Origin: Eledone cirrhosa
Lineage: Eukaryota
NCBI GenBank assembly: GCA_964016885.1
Contig: OZ024741.1
Coordinates: 196,664,001-196,728,000, forward strand
Reading direction: 5' to 3'
DNA: 64,000 nt
The translations under genes and the position numbers were made by a program. The notes under the pieces were generated by a model, which saw nothing but the letters and a program-made list of their open reading frames with translations, did not search any database and was not told the origin of the DNA. Positions within the stretch are counted from its first letter, which is position 1. Each line of letters begins with the position of its first letter. Below are positions 49,516-64,000 of the stretch, in pieces.

Positions 49516-50210
49516 TATATATATATATATTTATATGGCGTTGTTATTTGGCATTGTTGAAAAGAGCAGTGGCCTTTGACCTGGCAATAAAAACTGGAGA
49601 CAAAATTCTTTCTGTACCAAAACCAAGGCACACACACACAAGTTTGTGTGTGTGTATGTGTGTGTGTGTGTGAGTGTGTGTGTGTGTGCGCGTTAATGTG
49701 CTTGTGTGTGTGTGTGTGTGCGTGTATCTATTTATGTATATATATAAGGGAAACAGATCATGCTTTCTCACTGTCACCAAGCTTCTCAATTCATTCGTTG
49801 CTACTAAGTATTTTATTTTGCTATGAGGTATTTTATCTTGCAAGGTACTATTTTTCCCCTGAGTTTGTGATTTCAGAGAAAGGTAAGACATTCTTCATAT
49901 TTTGCATCTTTTGTATTTTGATTTTACAGTTTGAATTGTAGAATTGTCTATGCACTCAAAATATTACAACAGCTAACAGTGAAATATGGAATTTAAAAAG
50001 AAAAGCTTTTTCGACTGAGATCAAATCTTTGAGAACATTCACGTCTATTTTTCAAAAATATATAATTTGAAATAGCTTGCTTTTGTTTTGGACTGAAACG
50101 TTTTTGTATTTAATTCGTACGAGTATTTTTTTAAAGATTCTAACATAACTTGATTTGGCCCAGTAATCTACTGATATCAAAATCAGTAGTATATTGAAAA
50201 ATGGAAAAAT

Positions 50211-50242
<32 letters not shown>

Positions 50243-51286
50243 GGTGATTTTGAGGGGCAAAAGGGGGCGTTTGGCCGAAATGGGTTGAGAACCTTTGCTC
50301 TATAGTTTCCTCTATCTAGTTCATCTCCTTTCCCCTTGTAGCAATTGACAATGATGCTGCTGCTGTGCCACTCATTTGGTATGACACCATCCAGTATTAC
50401 TTGGTTACAATACGTGTGGTTATGGTGTGTCCTACTGACCCAGATGCTTTCAGCATCTCAGCAACTATTCCTGATGGACCAGCTGCTTTCCCAGCTTTCA
50501 TATCCTTAATTGCCTTACTAACTACACTGCTGCTGACTTGTACTGCTGGGCCCTCAATGGGGTCCACTTGGGGTAGGGTTTCTTTCTCCCATGCATTCTG
50601 TTCATTCAGTAATTTTTCATAATGGCTCTTCCACGCATCTTTCTTCTCAGCGTCTGTGAGAGCAAGTGCACCTTTATCATCTGAGATCCATCACCATATT
50701 TAGGTGAATGTGTACTTAGTGCAATTTTAAACTTTTTTGACAAAAACAAACAAACAAACAAAAACAAAACAAAAAAATCAAGCAAAGAAAAAAAATAAGC
50801 CTCAGCGTGAATTGTTGAAAGAGATGATTCTAAGGATGCTGCTTACTAATATTTGGCTGGATGTGGAAAAATTAGTCACATTGCATCCGACTCATAATTC
50901 ACTTTAATCTATCATGTAATTTTAGATATTTTTTATACATTTATATTTTTGGTTATTCAATAAATGCTTCAATAAAAAAAATCCACCTAAATATAGTTTT
51001 GAATATATCATTTTTAACTGACTTTATAGGGTGATGAGGCATATTCTGTGAAAGAGGGAAGAATTGTGTGAAGAGGGTTGGGAAACACTGTTTTACATGA
51101 AGACAAAGATTTTAATGATGCTTCAACAAGGCTAAGAAAATCTTAATGCAGATTGAAATTAAATGTTAGAAAAGAAATATAAGTACTTGAGGAGATTACT
51201 GCTGGTCTTTATTGGCATAAGTCGATATTATAGAAGCTAAAAGAAATTACATGTTAGCTTCTTTCCACCTATTCTTCGGCTTTGAC

Positions 51287-51636
51287 GTATAGAGTTACGG
51301 CCCTTGCTATTCTGAGTTCAAATCCCGCCAAGGTTAACTTTGCCTTTCATCCTTACGGGGTCGATAAAATAAAGTACCAGTAATTTATGGCCTTGTGCCA
51401 AAACGTAGAAACAATTAGTTTATCTTCTTATATTTTTATATTTTATCATTTGATAATTGTTTCTATTTTAGGCACAAGGCCAGCAATTACCCAGTGTATT
51501 ACTGGTACTTTATTTTATCGACCCTGATGAAAGGCAAAGTTAACCGTGGCAGGATTTGAACTCAGAATGGCAAGGGCCGTAACTCTATACCACAAAGCAT
51601 GGCATCCGACCCTCTACCGATACTGCCAATCCACCG
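51287..51636. mobile_element. Two convergent tRNA-derived SINE copies
   Basis: 51287-51416(+) and 51454-51636(-) match the 757-930 family. Confidence 0.75.
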
Positions 51637-51715
51637 TTTTATCATTTGATAACGTTATGTATTTCCTCTGCTTCAAAACTAAAAATGCTTCATTCATCTT
51701 TTTTTTTTTTTAACT

Positions 51716-52330
51716 GTGAGAAAATACATATTATTTGACAGAGTAGGAAAATGTCAGCAATACTCACAGAAATACTTGAAATTTGGTTTTATTCTTTCAG
51801 TCTTTAATGACAAAGTATGTATATGTTTGTTATGTGAAAAGACATTTGGAAATGATACAATGAAGTGTTCAAAGATGAAAGACCACCTTGAGGTAATGCA
51901 TTCAGATAAGTAAAACATGTATTCAGTCTTTGGAGACATTGAATGAAAGGGTTGGAAAATGTCCAAACTTAATATCTCATATTTAAAAGGTAAACAAAGG
52001 CCTCTTATAATATATTCTTTAACATAAAAATAAAAAATAAATGTCACTTACAATTGGAGAGTGTAAAGGAAGTCAAAGAAACTGTCATAAATAAGGAATC
52101 TGAATCTATTCTTAAGATTAATTCTCTGAGTAACAATACAGTAAACTGTCATAATTATAAGGCTGCAGAAGATGTTAAACAGATAATTTCAGAACTTCAG
52201 CAGTGTAAATTTCTCATCCAGGTAGATAGGTGATCGTTTAAAAGTTTTAATATTCACATGGCATATTCAAAATAAATTTAAAATCCCAGTAAAAATGAAT
52301 GCAATATTCTTGAATTTCTCTGAGCAAAAT
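51716..52330 (+). pseudogene. hAT (Buster/Charlie-like) transposase remnant
   Basis: BED-finger-like QYSQKYLKFGF...CLLCEK...KMKDHLEVMH; LSNNTV motif at ~52125. Confidence 0.65.
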
Positions 52331-52899
52331 AGTTTAAATCTAAAGCAATTTGTTTTGATGGTGGTGGGAGGGAATATTTGAGAAAATAACTATTCCTCTT
52401 TAATGGCGAGCCTATAACAACAAAAGCACAAACTTCGGACCACTTTCTTATAGTTTTCTGATGAAGGGATTTTATTCCCGAAATCTAACATCTCCGTTGC
52501 CTTCAATTTATTCCAAAATCTACCATCCATCTTGTATTGTTGTAACTTTTGAATAACATACTACTTTATTATGATAGCTGTTTTTTTATCACACCCAAGG
52601 ACCACGTGGTGATGTAAGCTAAGTGACAGATTATATCTACCACCCAGCTAGGCCATAGTGTTATTTGAACTCAAAATACAAAGAGATGAAATTATTCAGT
52701 AATAAATAATACAAATGCAATTTTAAGTAGAAGGAAAAAGAAAGGCAAAGAATGAGAAAGAAAAGTGGTACATAACAATGGATACAAAAACCAAGGCAGA
52801 ACTACTTAAACATGTTGTAATGGAATTAGGACTTAATTGTGTTGAGCTTGAAGAGATTATATACCAAAACAGGATGTGATAAAAAGAAAGTATTTGAAG

Positions 52900-53960
52900 A
52901 AATACATTTAAATGGTCAGTTCCACAGCGATATCAAGAATGTGAATAACTATGAATTATCATGGGAATGGAAATTTAAACAGAGAAATAAACAGTCTGCT
53001 GACTGATGCCCAAGATAAAATACTAAATAGTAATTCATGGAAGAAGGATATTTATTGCACTGCTTCAAGCGATAAATGTTCCTTAAGTATTAAGTGAGTG
53101 GAAAATATTGGCCCTATTGCATCTGGTAGAGCACGAGAAAATATGTAAGCAGGATGCAAAGCCCCCGGCTGATTTGAGAGGTCTGTAGCTCTGCTGAGTT
53201 CTGACTTTGTCTGTGAAGACATATCCAACCCTTGCTAGCAGGGAAGATGGACATTAAATGATGATGATGATTGCAGTAGGTTGTAAAATGTTAGCCCAGA
53301 AAAAATATAAACAACAGCATATGATGTTTCAGTTTGCACTGATCACTTTGTGAAAAATGTTAATATAACACTTCATGTACTATAGAAACAACGTAGGTCA
53401 GACATCAAATACTGACTGTACAATCAGCACAATGAGATGATTAATCACATGCATCTCTCGGCCATGTCTTAATATATACATGGACAGGTTTGAGTTGGCG
53501 GCTATATCTACTGAACAGTAGGCCAACACTCTGATGTGAAAATGGACAAGAAATGGTATAAACATGTACTAAACATGGTACATGACAGAAACCTGGCCAC
53601 AACCATCTGGTATACACTTGTACAAACTGACAAAGAAATCAAAGCAAACCATCTAAAGAGACCGGAAAAAAATACACATGCACACTGGTAGATATCACAA
53701 TCACTTCTGACCAAAATATTACCGAAAAGGAAGCAGAAAAACTGTCAAAATACAAGGAGCTTGAAATTGGAATATACAAGATGTGGGACATGAAGGTAAA
53801 AATAGTGCCAATAATAAATGGAGTACCAGGTATGATTAAAAAAATATGAACAAAAAGATATAAGCCATGCTAAGGTTCACAACATTACATACTAGGCCCA
53901 AAAATAGCCCTTCTAGGAAAAGTCCACATCCTGCACAAGACATTATCAGGTTCAGTAACA
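52900..53960 (+). pseudogene. RLE-type non-LTR retrotransposon C-terminal remnant (R4/Dong-like)
   Basis: Manual translation gives TDKEIKAN, EKLSKYKELEIGIYKMW...VPII.G..GMI and QKIALLG..HIL-like motifs. Confidence 0.55.
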
Positions 53961-54800
53961 CAGCTCAAACCAGAATAATCTCCACACACCCTACATACCC
54001 TATATAATAAACATTTTATAAAAGGAAATAACATAACTCATACAAAATACTCTATAAGATTAATACCCAATAAAATAACACAACTCACATTACACACACT
54101 ATACATAAGAGAACAAACTCTAAAAAAAATCCAAACGCTAACACAAAACAAAACTGATGTAGTACCCTTACAGGAGGAGTCCATACTCACCTCACAAAAA
54201 TAAGAACACAATGCCAAAAAATATACCTCAAGAAATTGACCAATCCTTTATAGATTTCGCCAATCCACTACACATTAATAAAAGTTCTTTTTTTTTCTTT
54301 AAGTTCATATTTAATTTCATGTTTTTGATAGTGTTGCTTTTTCTTTAATGATATTCATTTTTGTTTTTAAGAGTGGTGGCTTAACAGAGTTGATAGAGTG
54401 GTGGATAAAATGCCATTGAGGTTCTGGCTCTTTACATTCTGATTTAAAATCCTGCCAAAGTCAACTTTTTTCTTAAAATCTACCATGCGTCCTGGAGGCC
54501 GAAGGTTGCTTATTATTTTTTTTTTAATTTTTCGTTGTCAAAATTAGGGTGTGCCTTCGAGGACGAGGCGTCTTCAGCGCCGGGAAATATGGTAATTCTT
54601 TCCCTGATCAGTCACACTAATACTCTTTCTGTAACATTCATGATTTAATCCATCAGGTTAATACCTCTGGAGTTGCTTCTTTTCAGAGAATCTCCTTTGC
54701 CCTTGTAGCAGTTGGCAATGATACTGCTATGAAAGTATGACACTATCATGTACTATCTGGTTGATTACCTGAGTAACTAGCTCAAATCCTACTTTGTCAT

Positions 54801-54801
<1 letters not shown>

Positions 54802-54836
<35 letters not shown>

Positions 54837-57537
54837 GTTTAACGTCCATCTTCCACGCTTGCATGGGTTTGGACGAGAATTTTCCCACTTGAGGCAAGAT
54901 TGGTTGTCCTGCTCGTATAGGACTGTCTGGCGGGTTTTCTACAGCTGGATGCCCTTCCTAACACTAACCAAGTTTACAGTGTGGAACTGGGAGGTTTTTA
55001 CCGTGTTACCTACATGGCCACATTACAGCGTGGACTGTGTGTTTTTTTTTTCGTGACACCTACACGACCTCATTTATTTCGGACTGGATGTTGTGGTACC
55101 AACATAACTTTACATCAAAAGGGGTGGTGTGGATGGGGTGGGGGTGGGGGGGACTGGGTGTATTTTTGTTAGAGGTGCCTACTGACTGTAGGTTTCGCTT
55201 TGTACTTAGGCAAGGCAGGTCTTCTGTATTACTGTGTAGCGCCAAAAATCTCAGTCTAGTGACATTGTCTTGGAGAGGTGTAAGTATGTGAGGTCAGAAT
55301 TTATCAAGTCGTCCCAGGTTTTTCTGGGTCTGCCTACTCCGTGGCTACCGTCCATTTTTATCGCCCTGCACTTTTTTATACAGCTGTCGTCTTTCATGCG
55401 GATCACGTGACCATACCAACGTAGTCTTCTCTCGAGTAAACAACATCTGATTCCTCTTATTCCTAATTTCTCCCTTAGTTCATTTATGCTTTGCCGTTCA
55501 CGTATATTACTATTACACATCCAACGGAGCATGCAAGCTTCATTTCTCTCCAGTTTGCATATATCCTCTGCACACAATGCCCAAGTCTCACTGCCATGTA
55601 ACATTGCTGTTCGTATGCAGGCATCATACAGCCTGCCTTTCATTTTTAGAGAGAACCCTTTAGTGGCCAATAGTGGTATAAGCTCTCTGAACTTTTTCCA
55701 TCCCGTTCTGACTCTAGCTACTGTACTTTCAGAGCACCCTCCACCACTGCTGATTTTGTCACCCAGATAACGGAAGGTGTCCACTATTTCTATAGAACCA
55801 TCTCTGCAATGGAATGAGCTAGTATTCTGTGGGCACTTGCTGCTACTTATTGCACCTGAGCACCGGTCACATATAAAATCTATATTCTTAGTTAGCTTAC
55901 CTGTGATCCCACTACATCTTTTATGCACCCATACTTTGCATTTGGGACATAAAATGGAGTTTCTACCTACTCCTTTCCTACACACTGAGCATGGCCATTT
56001 CCCAGATGGGGCCAGTGCCCTATTTTCCTTCCTACAAACTAGAACTTTAGTCTTAGACAGGTTAATTTTAAGGCCTTTTGATTCTAGGCCATGCTTCCAT
56101 GTTTGGAATTTCTTCTCTAGTTCAGCCATTGATTCAGCTATGAGCGTTAGATCATCTGCGTATAGAAGTTCTCATGGGCAGCCGGTCTTGAACTCCTTTG
56201 TTATAGCCTGAAGGGCAATAATAAATAGTAGGGGGCTAAGGACAGAGCCCTGATGAACACCAACTTTTACGCTAAACTCTTCACTATATTCGTTGTTAAT
56301 TCTAACCTTGCTGACTGTTTCTTTATACATGGCTTGTATAGCTCTCACAAGCCATTCATCAACACCTAGTTTTCTAAGGGCCCACCAGATAATCGAGAGG
56401 GGTACTCTGTCAAAGGCTTTCTCCAAGTCAACAAAAGCTAAGTATAGGGGTTTACTTTTAGCTAGGTACTTCTCCTGTAGTTGTCGTACAATGAAAAGAG
56501 AGTCTATTGTACTTTTACCTGACACAAACCCGAACTGCATTTCATCTAGATCAATTCGCTCTCTGATTAGTTGCGCTATTACTTTTTCTGTGACCTTCAT
56601 GACATGGTTAATTAATTTAATGCCTCTATAGTTTCCCCTATCTAGGGCATCTCCTTTACCCTTGTAGCAGTTAATGATGATGCTGCTGCGCCAGTCCTCC
56701 GGGTGACCAAAGTGTGTCCCACTGTTCCAGATGCTTTCAGCATTTCAGCAACTATTTCCGAAGGCCCAGCCGCCTTGCCCGTCTTCATGTCTTTGATGAC
56801 CTTACTTATTATATTACCTTCAACTTGCACTGCTGGTCCCTCTATTGGATCGATGTGGGGCAGACTATCTTTTTCCCACTTATTCTCCTCATTTAAGCTT
56901 TCGTAGTGACACTTCCAAGCCACCTTCTTGTCAGAGTCAGTGATGGCAAGTACACCATCATCATTAAGGACACACTTCTCCCCGACAATATCATGGTTTT
57001 CCTTGACACATTGCCTAGCAATCCTGAACACCTCACGTTTTTGGTCCTCACGTTGTAGAACATGCTTGAATTTTCTTTCCTCTGCTTCCCTTCTTGCGAA
57101 GTACACTTGTCTCCTAGCTTCCCTCCTGGCCACTTGATAGTCTTCTCTACTTCCCCCATCCCGCTATGCTTTTCAAACCTGCTTTTTGGCCTTGATTGAC
57201 CCCTCCACCTTACTGTTCCACCACCAAGTTACTCTCCTCCTGCCTATAGGTCTGCTCCAGGCACAGGTTTCATCTGTCGCCTTCAGCAGGTTAGCTTTCA
57301 GGAATTCCCACTGTTCCTCTATATTATACGACTCTAATTGCTCTTCCTTACTGTCGAAAGCATCAAGTAATATGCTTTTAAATTTATTACTGGCTGTGGG
57401 GTCCTTTAACGTCCATATTTTTCTCCTGAGGATAGTCTTCTGTTGTCGAGTACGTCTCGTCCTGACTATGAGGTTGCTAATTATGAGTCTATGTTGAGAG
57501 GTGCATTCTTCATGGGGGAGGGATTTAGTGTTTACAT
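54802..57537 (-). mobile_element. RTE LINE copy with stops and a deletion
   Basis: ORFs 55251-56129, 56172-56600, 56642-57133 closely match 32693-34810; (CAT)n tail. Confidence 0.92.
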
Positions 57538-58411
57538 TTATTTTTAGCATTTCAGTGACAATCCCTGATGCTCTGGTGGCACTTTTTCCTTTCTTCATAT
57601 CCTTGATGACCTTTTTAATAATATAACTGTTGACTTTCATAGTTGGTTGCCCCATTGGGTCTAATGGGATCAGTCTATCATCTTTCCATATATTCTCCAT
57701 ATTCAACAACCTCTCATAGTATCATTTACAGGCCTCCTTCTTCTTAGTGTCAGTGAGACCAAGTGCATTAGTGTCATTCCAAATAACTTTCCCCAAACAA
57801 TATCTTAGTTCACACTGACATAATCTATCGCATTTCATGCCTCTGATCCTGGCAAACTTTCCACTTTCAGCTTCTCTCTATGCTATGAAAACTTCACATC
57901 TAGCTATATGATATTGTAATATTTTTCTATGCTGCCCCCTTTCTTCCCATCTTTCCAGGCTTATCTTTAGCTTTTATGGCTCAATCTACAGAACTATTTC
58001 ACCACTATGTCACCCTTAACAGGCTAGTACTTTGTTCCAGATACAGATCTTGTCACTGAGCTGCAACAGATTGTCTTGAAGAAACTTCCATGTGTATATA
58101 CGTGGGTTTATGTGTATATGTCCAAGAGTTTATAAAGTATTTAGGATTCCTAAAATTTGTGCTTCACACACAATAAAGGTCAGGTCAAACCTCATCTCTC
58201 ATGTTTCACGGCAGATGCTCTCTTTTGGTCCATCCATTGGGCAATATTAAAGATTTTGACCTTGAAAATGGAAAATGGCTGAAAGTGACATCAGTTATCC
58301 AGTATATTAGCTCTTTTTCTTATATACATCAGATAAAAAGAAAATACTTCATTATTCTGAAAAAAAAACGGTCTGTTGTTAGCTGGTCTTATTCTAATAA
58401 AGATGACGTAT

Positions 58412-59848
58412 AAAAGTTGGTGTTCATCAAGGCTCTGTCCTTAGCCCCCTCCTATTTATTATTGCCCTTCAGGCTATAACAGAGGAGTTCAAGATCGGCT
58501 GCTCATGGGAACTCATATACGCAGATGATCTAAAGCTCATAGCTGAATCAATGGCTGAACTAGAGAAGAAATTCCAAACATGGAAGCATGGCCTAGAATC
58601 AAAAGGCCTTCAAGTGAACTTGTCTAAGACTAAAGTTCTAGTTTGTAGAAAGGAAAATAGGGAACAGGTGCCCTCAGGGAAATGGTCATGTTCAGTGTGT
58701 AGGAAAGGAGTAGGCAGAAATTCCATTTTATGTCCCAAATGCAAAGTATGGGTACATAAAAGATGTAGTGGGATCACAGGTAAACTATCTAAGAACGTAG
58801 ATTTTATATGTGGCCGATGCTCAGGTGCAATAAGTAGCAAGCGCCCACAGGATACTAGCTCCTTCTATTGCGCAGATGGTTCTATAGAAATAGTGGACAC
58901 TTTCCGTTACCTGGGTGATGAAATCAGCAGTGGTGGAGGGTGTTCTGAAAGTACAGTAGCCAGAGTCAGAACAGGATGGAAAAAATTCAGAGAGTTTATA
59001 CTGCTGTTGGCAACAAAAGGTTTCTCTCTAAAAATGAAAGGCAGATTGTATGATGCCTGTATACGAACAGCAATGCTACATGGCAGTGAGACATGGGCAT
59101 TACATGCAGACGATCTGCGCAGAGGAACGAAGCATGCCTGCTCCGTTGGATGTGTAATAGTAATATACGTGAACGGCAAAGCATAAATTAACTAAGTGAA
59201 AAATTAGGAATAAGAGGGATCAGATGCTGTTTACTCGAGAGAAGACTACGTTGGTATGGCCACGTGATGCGTATGAAAGACGACAGCTGTATAAAAAAGT
59301 GCAGGGCGATCAAAATTGATGGTAGTTACGGAGTAGGTAGACCCAGAAAAACTTGGGATGATCTGATAAATTCCGACCTTACACACTTGCACCTCTCTAA
59401 GACAATGTCACTGGACCGAGATCTTTGGCGCTACACAGTAATACAGAAGACCCGCTTTGCCTATGTACAAAGCGAAACCTACAGTCAGTAGGCACCTCTT
59501 AACCAAATATACACCCCAATCCACTACCCCTACCCTATCCTCCCACTCCCACCAACACCACCACCACTCTGTAAACTTGGTACCACAACATCCAGTCCAA
59601 ATAAATGAGATAATGAGATCGAGGTCGTGTAGGTGTCACAAAAAAAAAACACACACAGTCCACGCTGTAAGTGGCCGTGTAGATAACACGGTAAAAAGTT
59701 CCCTGTTCTACACTGTAAATGTGGTTGGTGTTAGGAAGGGCATCCAGTCCTATATGAGCTAGACACGGTCACCCGACCAACCTTGCCTCAAGTGGGACAA
59801 CTCTCATCTAACCCATGCTAGCGTGGAAGATGGACGTTAAACGAAGAT
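58412..59848 (+). mobile_element. 5'-truncated RTE LINE copy
   Basis: Begins at VKVGVHQG; YADD, PHD insert, 3' UTR and (GAT)n tail. Confidence 0.9.
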
Positions 59849-61594
59849 GATGATGATGATGATGATGACAGCGAGGCAACCCTAAACACTCACAGCATTA
59901 CCGCCGGTAATAACGAGGCTGAGACTCTAGAATAGATGATCATCTTTACGAGTATCACCTATGGTGAGGATTTTGGGTCGCCGCAAAATGTTTTAGAGGG
60001 TAGCATCAATATTCTTTGTTATAGTGTATAAGTTGAGGGCGGTGCATGTCTTTTTTTTCTTTCTGACTCATTTTTATTGATTTGTTTCTTTTGTAAATCG
60101 TATTCATTATATAAATTGCATTTCTAAATACAAAGAATCATATTATGTTGCAATTTATTGATAAACTATTTCAATTTCACTATCATTTTTATTTAATTCA
60201 TTAGAATTTATAACTTCGTAAGGATGTTATTTAATTCATTAGAAACGACACCCCCGAAAAAAAAAGAGGAAAAAAGAGATGCATAGTTTATAAGTTAAAA
60301 AAAAGAAAAACGAGTTTGAAAAAAAGCAACAACAAAAAAAAAATGAAAAGAAAAAAAATGATTTATTTATTATTCTTTATTTATTCATTTAAAAAAAAAA
60401 CAAAAGAAAAACAATATAACCACCTGCAAATAACCACCTGGTAGAATTGGTAAAGCGTCGGAGAAAATAACTTGCAACATCAATTACTGTCTTTCACGTT
60501 CTGAGTTCAAATCCCGTTAGATTCAATTTTGTCTTTCGTCCTTTGTGCGACAGGCAGTTTAATCTAAAGTACCAGTCGCTTCTTGGCTGGTATTTTATTT
60601 TAAAGAACCAACCAAGAACCAGAACCTATTTAATATTCCTATAGCGCACTTTAGATCTGAAAAGAATTGAAATAGAAGAACGTGTATTAAAATAGAAATG
60701 GTAATTTATAAAGTAACCATCTGGGTAAAAAGAAATACCGCCATACATTGCAATGCTTGCTGTTATTGTATATTGTTTTTGTTGTTGTCGATGATAGTGA
60801 TGGTAGTTAAATTATGCATCATCAACAGCGGCAGCATTACCAGCAGCAGCTGAACGAAAACAACATCAACAACAACAACAATACTAAGAAGAAACGTGAC
60901 TATCATGCTTATCCAAGTGCATTAGCGACGACAGAAAAACGGTTTCATCTGGGATATCGAAATAAAATTGATAAGTCGATTCGATGCAATAATAATGTAT
61001 GCATAATACAAATCTATATGGTTGAGATTGTGCGACGTCCATTCCCTTGTCATTTACTACGACTGGAATGTTACAGATGACGATGACGATGCTGCTGCTG
61101 CTGACAACGATGATGTTCTTAATTAGTCGTGAAACGATTTTTATTGCAAGACTGAGGAGTAAAGACGGAGCTTTAATGCAGTAACTGTTGTTTAATACCA
61201 GGTCAAACTTGAATGAGCAGACTTATGTTTGAAAGCATTCCAGCCATGACCACTACGTCCTTTTCTTGAGCATTCCGATCTGGGTCTAAATGTGTCAATC
61301 CTTTTTAAAAAACGGTGTGGTATAATTTGAGGGAAATTTAGCTGATATTTCTAGCAGGTCGATCGATTACGTAGAGGCTTCCTTGTTATTTATTACTGCT
61401 GTTGTTATTGTTGTTGTTGACGTTGTTGCTGTGCCACTGCTGCTGTTATTATCGCTATCGTTGTTGGGTTTGTTTCCCCTGGCTTGTGTTATCTCCACTT
61501 CCACCTCCTACCATCGTGTTGCCGCCTCTCTCACCAACACCAACACGCACTGAAGTCCGCCATCAGTTGTGAGCTTGCTTAATTTGCTTCCGTC

Positions 61595-61715
61595 ATGGAC
61601 GCTGCCAGCTCTTGCACATCGGCGGACAGCAATGATGATGAGTGTCAACATCGACACTCTGCAACAACCGGGCATCAACAATGCAAGGAGACTGTTACAC
61701 ATGAGTTGCGCAATG
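61595..61715 (+). CDS. Candidate first coding exon of an unidentified host gene
   Basis: Kozak-like ccgtcATGG, 40 open codons (MDAASSCTSADSNDDECQHRHSATTGHQQCKETVTHELRN), donor G|GTGAGT, locally CpG-rich, not repeated in window. Confidence 0.45.
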
Positions 61716-63013
61716 GTGAGTAATTTAATTCTTTAATTAATAATGCTATGTGGCTTGCACTAAGTCTTCTAAGGTGTGTTTTGTTGTTGTTGGTTCTGTA
61801 TAGTGAGGGTGAAATGCAAAATTTGATAAAATCACTGAAAAATAGAGTGTTCAAAAGTGCTCTACCAGTTGCCGCATATTTTCTATCTAGCTACAAACAC
61901 ATATATGCTTATAGAGAAAGGGAGCCAGAAAAGAATTAATATATTAAATTTGATCAACCATCCATCTTTCTTCTATCGTAATTTCACTCATATTTAGGAT
62001 GCTTTATAGATATATGAAAACAGCTCTACTAATTGTCTAGTATTTCACCAACCTTAGTAGGATTTGAACTCGGAACGTAAGGAGCCGTAACAAAATATTG
62101 CAAGGCATTCTGTTCACCGCCCTACCTATTCTGTCAATCACCGCCCCTTTTCAAATCCCTTTACACACACACACAGACGCACACATATATATATATATAT
62201 AATGTACACTCCTTCGATATATACCTTCGATCGTTTTCCCACTCTCTCAATGCTTTAATTAAGTCACTATCATTAAGAAACCAACCTAAAGGAAAGCAGA
62301 GTGCACACAAATACGTTAAATAGCGAGAAAAACGATTTCGTATGGATAGGGAATATATTTGCGTGTGTCATGAGTTCAAAGCCCGCCGAAGTCAACTTTG
62401 CCTTTCATGTTTCCGGGGTTGATAAAATAAAGTACCTGTTAAGTTCTGGAGTCGATATAATCGACTGGCTCCTTCCCCTAAATTCCTGTCCTTATGCCTA
62501 TGTAAGAAATTATGTCTTTATATATAATCATATCATCATCTTCGTCATCGTTTTTACGTCTGCTTTTCTATGCTTGCATGGGTTGGGCATTATATAATAT
62601 ATATATATGTATTAATATGAATTTATATATATATATTATTGATTCTTTGAAAATGTTTTTATTTGCAAGAATGGACGCGCATCAGGCGAAGCAAGAGTGA
62701 TAATTTATATCGATATATATATTTTGTAATGTCGTAATTCACTGGTCTTCTGTCCGTACTCAATAGCCATAATAATTAGTTAAGTGTGGTTGAAGCCACA
62801 TCTATTCAGTTATAAATGGGTCCACCTATGTATATGCACATATACTTTTTGGACCAGATCAGGCTATAGGAGTTTTCTCCCTTGCTTCCTTTTCAGTATC
62901 TGTGCATTCACTAAAGGGAGTTTCGCTCTTGAAATTGTAAGGATAATCTCAATTGATTGAAATGTTTTCCCTACCTACCGTGAATATATACCGTATGTAT
63001 ATATATATATATA

Positions 63014-63231
63014 TAACGAAGGAGGTGTGGTAAGGAACCAGATGGACCATAACGCATCAGAGTACTCAATACTTAGGGTAGTAGAGTGGACCAGAACCAG
63101 AAATAGCCGTCGAAACTGCTTGAGCTCTGCTGTCGGAGCTAAACATTTTCCTATTACCCACTCTACTACCCTAAGTATTGAGTACTCTGGTGCGTTATGG
63201 TCCATCTGGTTCCTTACCACACCTCCTTCGT

Positions 63232-63232
<1 letters not shown>
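63014..63232. mobile_element. Fold-back element in (TA)n
   Basis: ~75-bp inverted arms 63014-63089 / 63159-63232; family also at 4517 and 46066. Confidence 0.75.
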
Positions 63233-63315
<83 letters not shown>

Positions 63316-63523
63316 TAAACAAATAATGAATAAACAATTCCTTATATTAAACAAAAAAAGTTCATTATTTAACGATCGTTTCTAGGATATATATGTGTTA
63401 GAATTGGCATGCATATTCAACAGATCTATGTACAAAATTATACAAAATTATACAAACTATCAAGATTAAATATACATACCAACACATATATATATATATA
63501 TATATGTGTGTATATATATATAT

Positions 63524-64000
63524 ATCATCATCATCATCATCATCAACGTTTAACGTCCGTGTTCCACGCTTGCATGGGTTTGGACGGGGGTAGTCCCACT
63601 TGAGGCAAGAGTGATTGTCTTGCTCGCATAGGACTGTCTGGCAGGTTTTCTACAGTTGGATGCCCTTCCTAACACCAACCACATTTACAGTGTGGGTCTG
63701 GGAGGTTTTTACCGTGTTGCCTACACGGCCACATTACAGCGTGGACTGTGTGTTTTTTTGTCGTGACACCTACACGATCTCATTTGTTTCGGCCTGGATG
63801 GCGCGGCACCAACATAACTTTACATAGAACGGGGTGGTGTGGATGGGGTGGGGGTGGCGGCGGGAGGGGTGTATTTTGTTAGAGATGCCTACTGGCAAGG
63901 CGGGTCTTCTCTGTTACTGAGTACCGCCAAAGGTCACGGTCCAGTGACATTGTCTTGGAGAGGTGTAAGTGTGTGAGGTCGGAGTTTATCAGCTCATCCC
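63524..64000 (-). mobile_element. RTE LINE 3' end running off the window
   Basis: (CAT)n tail, 3' UTR and LTHLHLSKTMSLD coding end. Confidence 0.88.

Noticed and set aside
49843-49881. Micro-exon ending in AG|GTAAGA
   Set aside because: Splice-like signals only; no recognisable coding content
52458-52490. Functional hammerhead
   Set aside because: Core and stem II present but stems I and III degenerate; counted only as a fossil motif (likewise 8476 and 63368)

Overview
Repeat-dominated, AT-rich eukaryotic DNA with (TA)n, (CA)n, (GA)n and (CAT)n tracts and one assembly gap. The tRNA-derived SINEs and RTE LINEs suggest a cephalopod (octopus-like), which is an inference. Almost all long ORFs are transposon-derived: a CsRn1-lineage Gypsy LTR element (16345-21979), a Penelope-like element (PLE) with an inverted pseudo-LTR (42474-45927), several RTE LINE copies with a PHD-type finger inserted just after the RT YADD motif, four Helitrons, a mariner fossil, and hAT and RLE-type non-LTR remnants. 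There is one plausible host first exon. The main unexplained structure is a very high density of type I hammerhead ribozyme (HHR) motifs, about 20 in 64 kb, from several unrelated families. They include two fold-back tandem arrays of a ~450-bp non-coding HHR monomer (retrozyme-like) inserted in (TA)n, long-stem-II HHRs, and a recurring variant with U opposite U in place of G10.1-C11.1. All folds were assigned by eye; no searches or folding programs were run.
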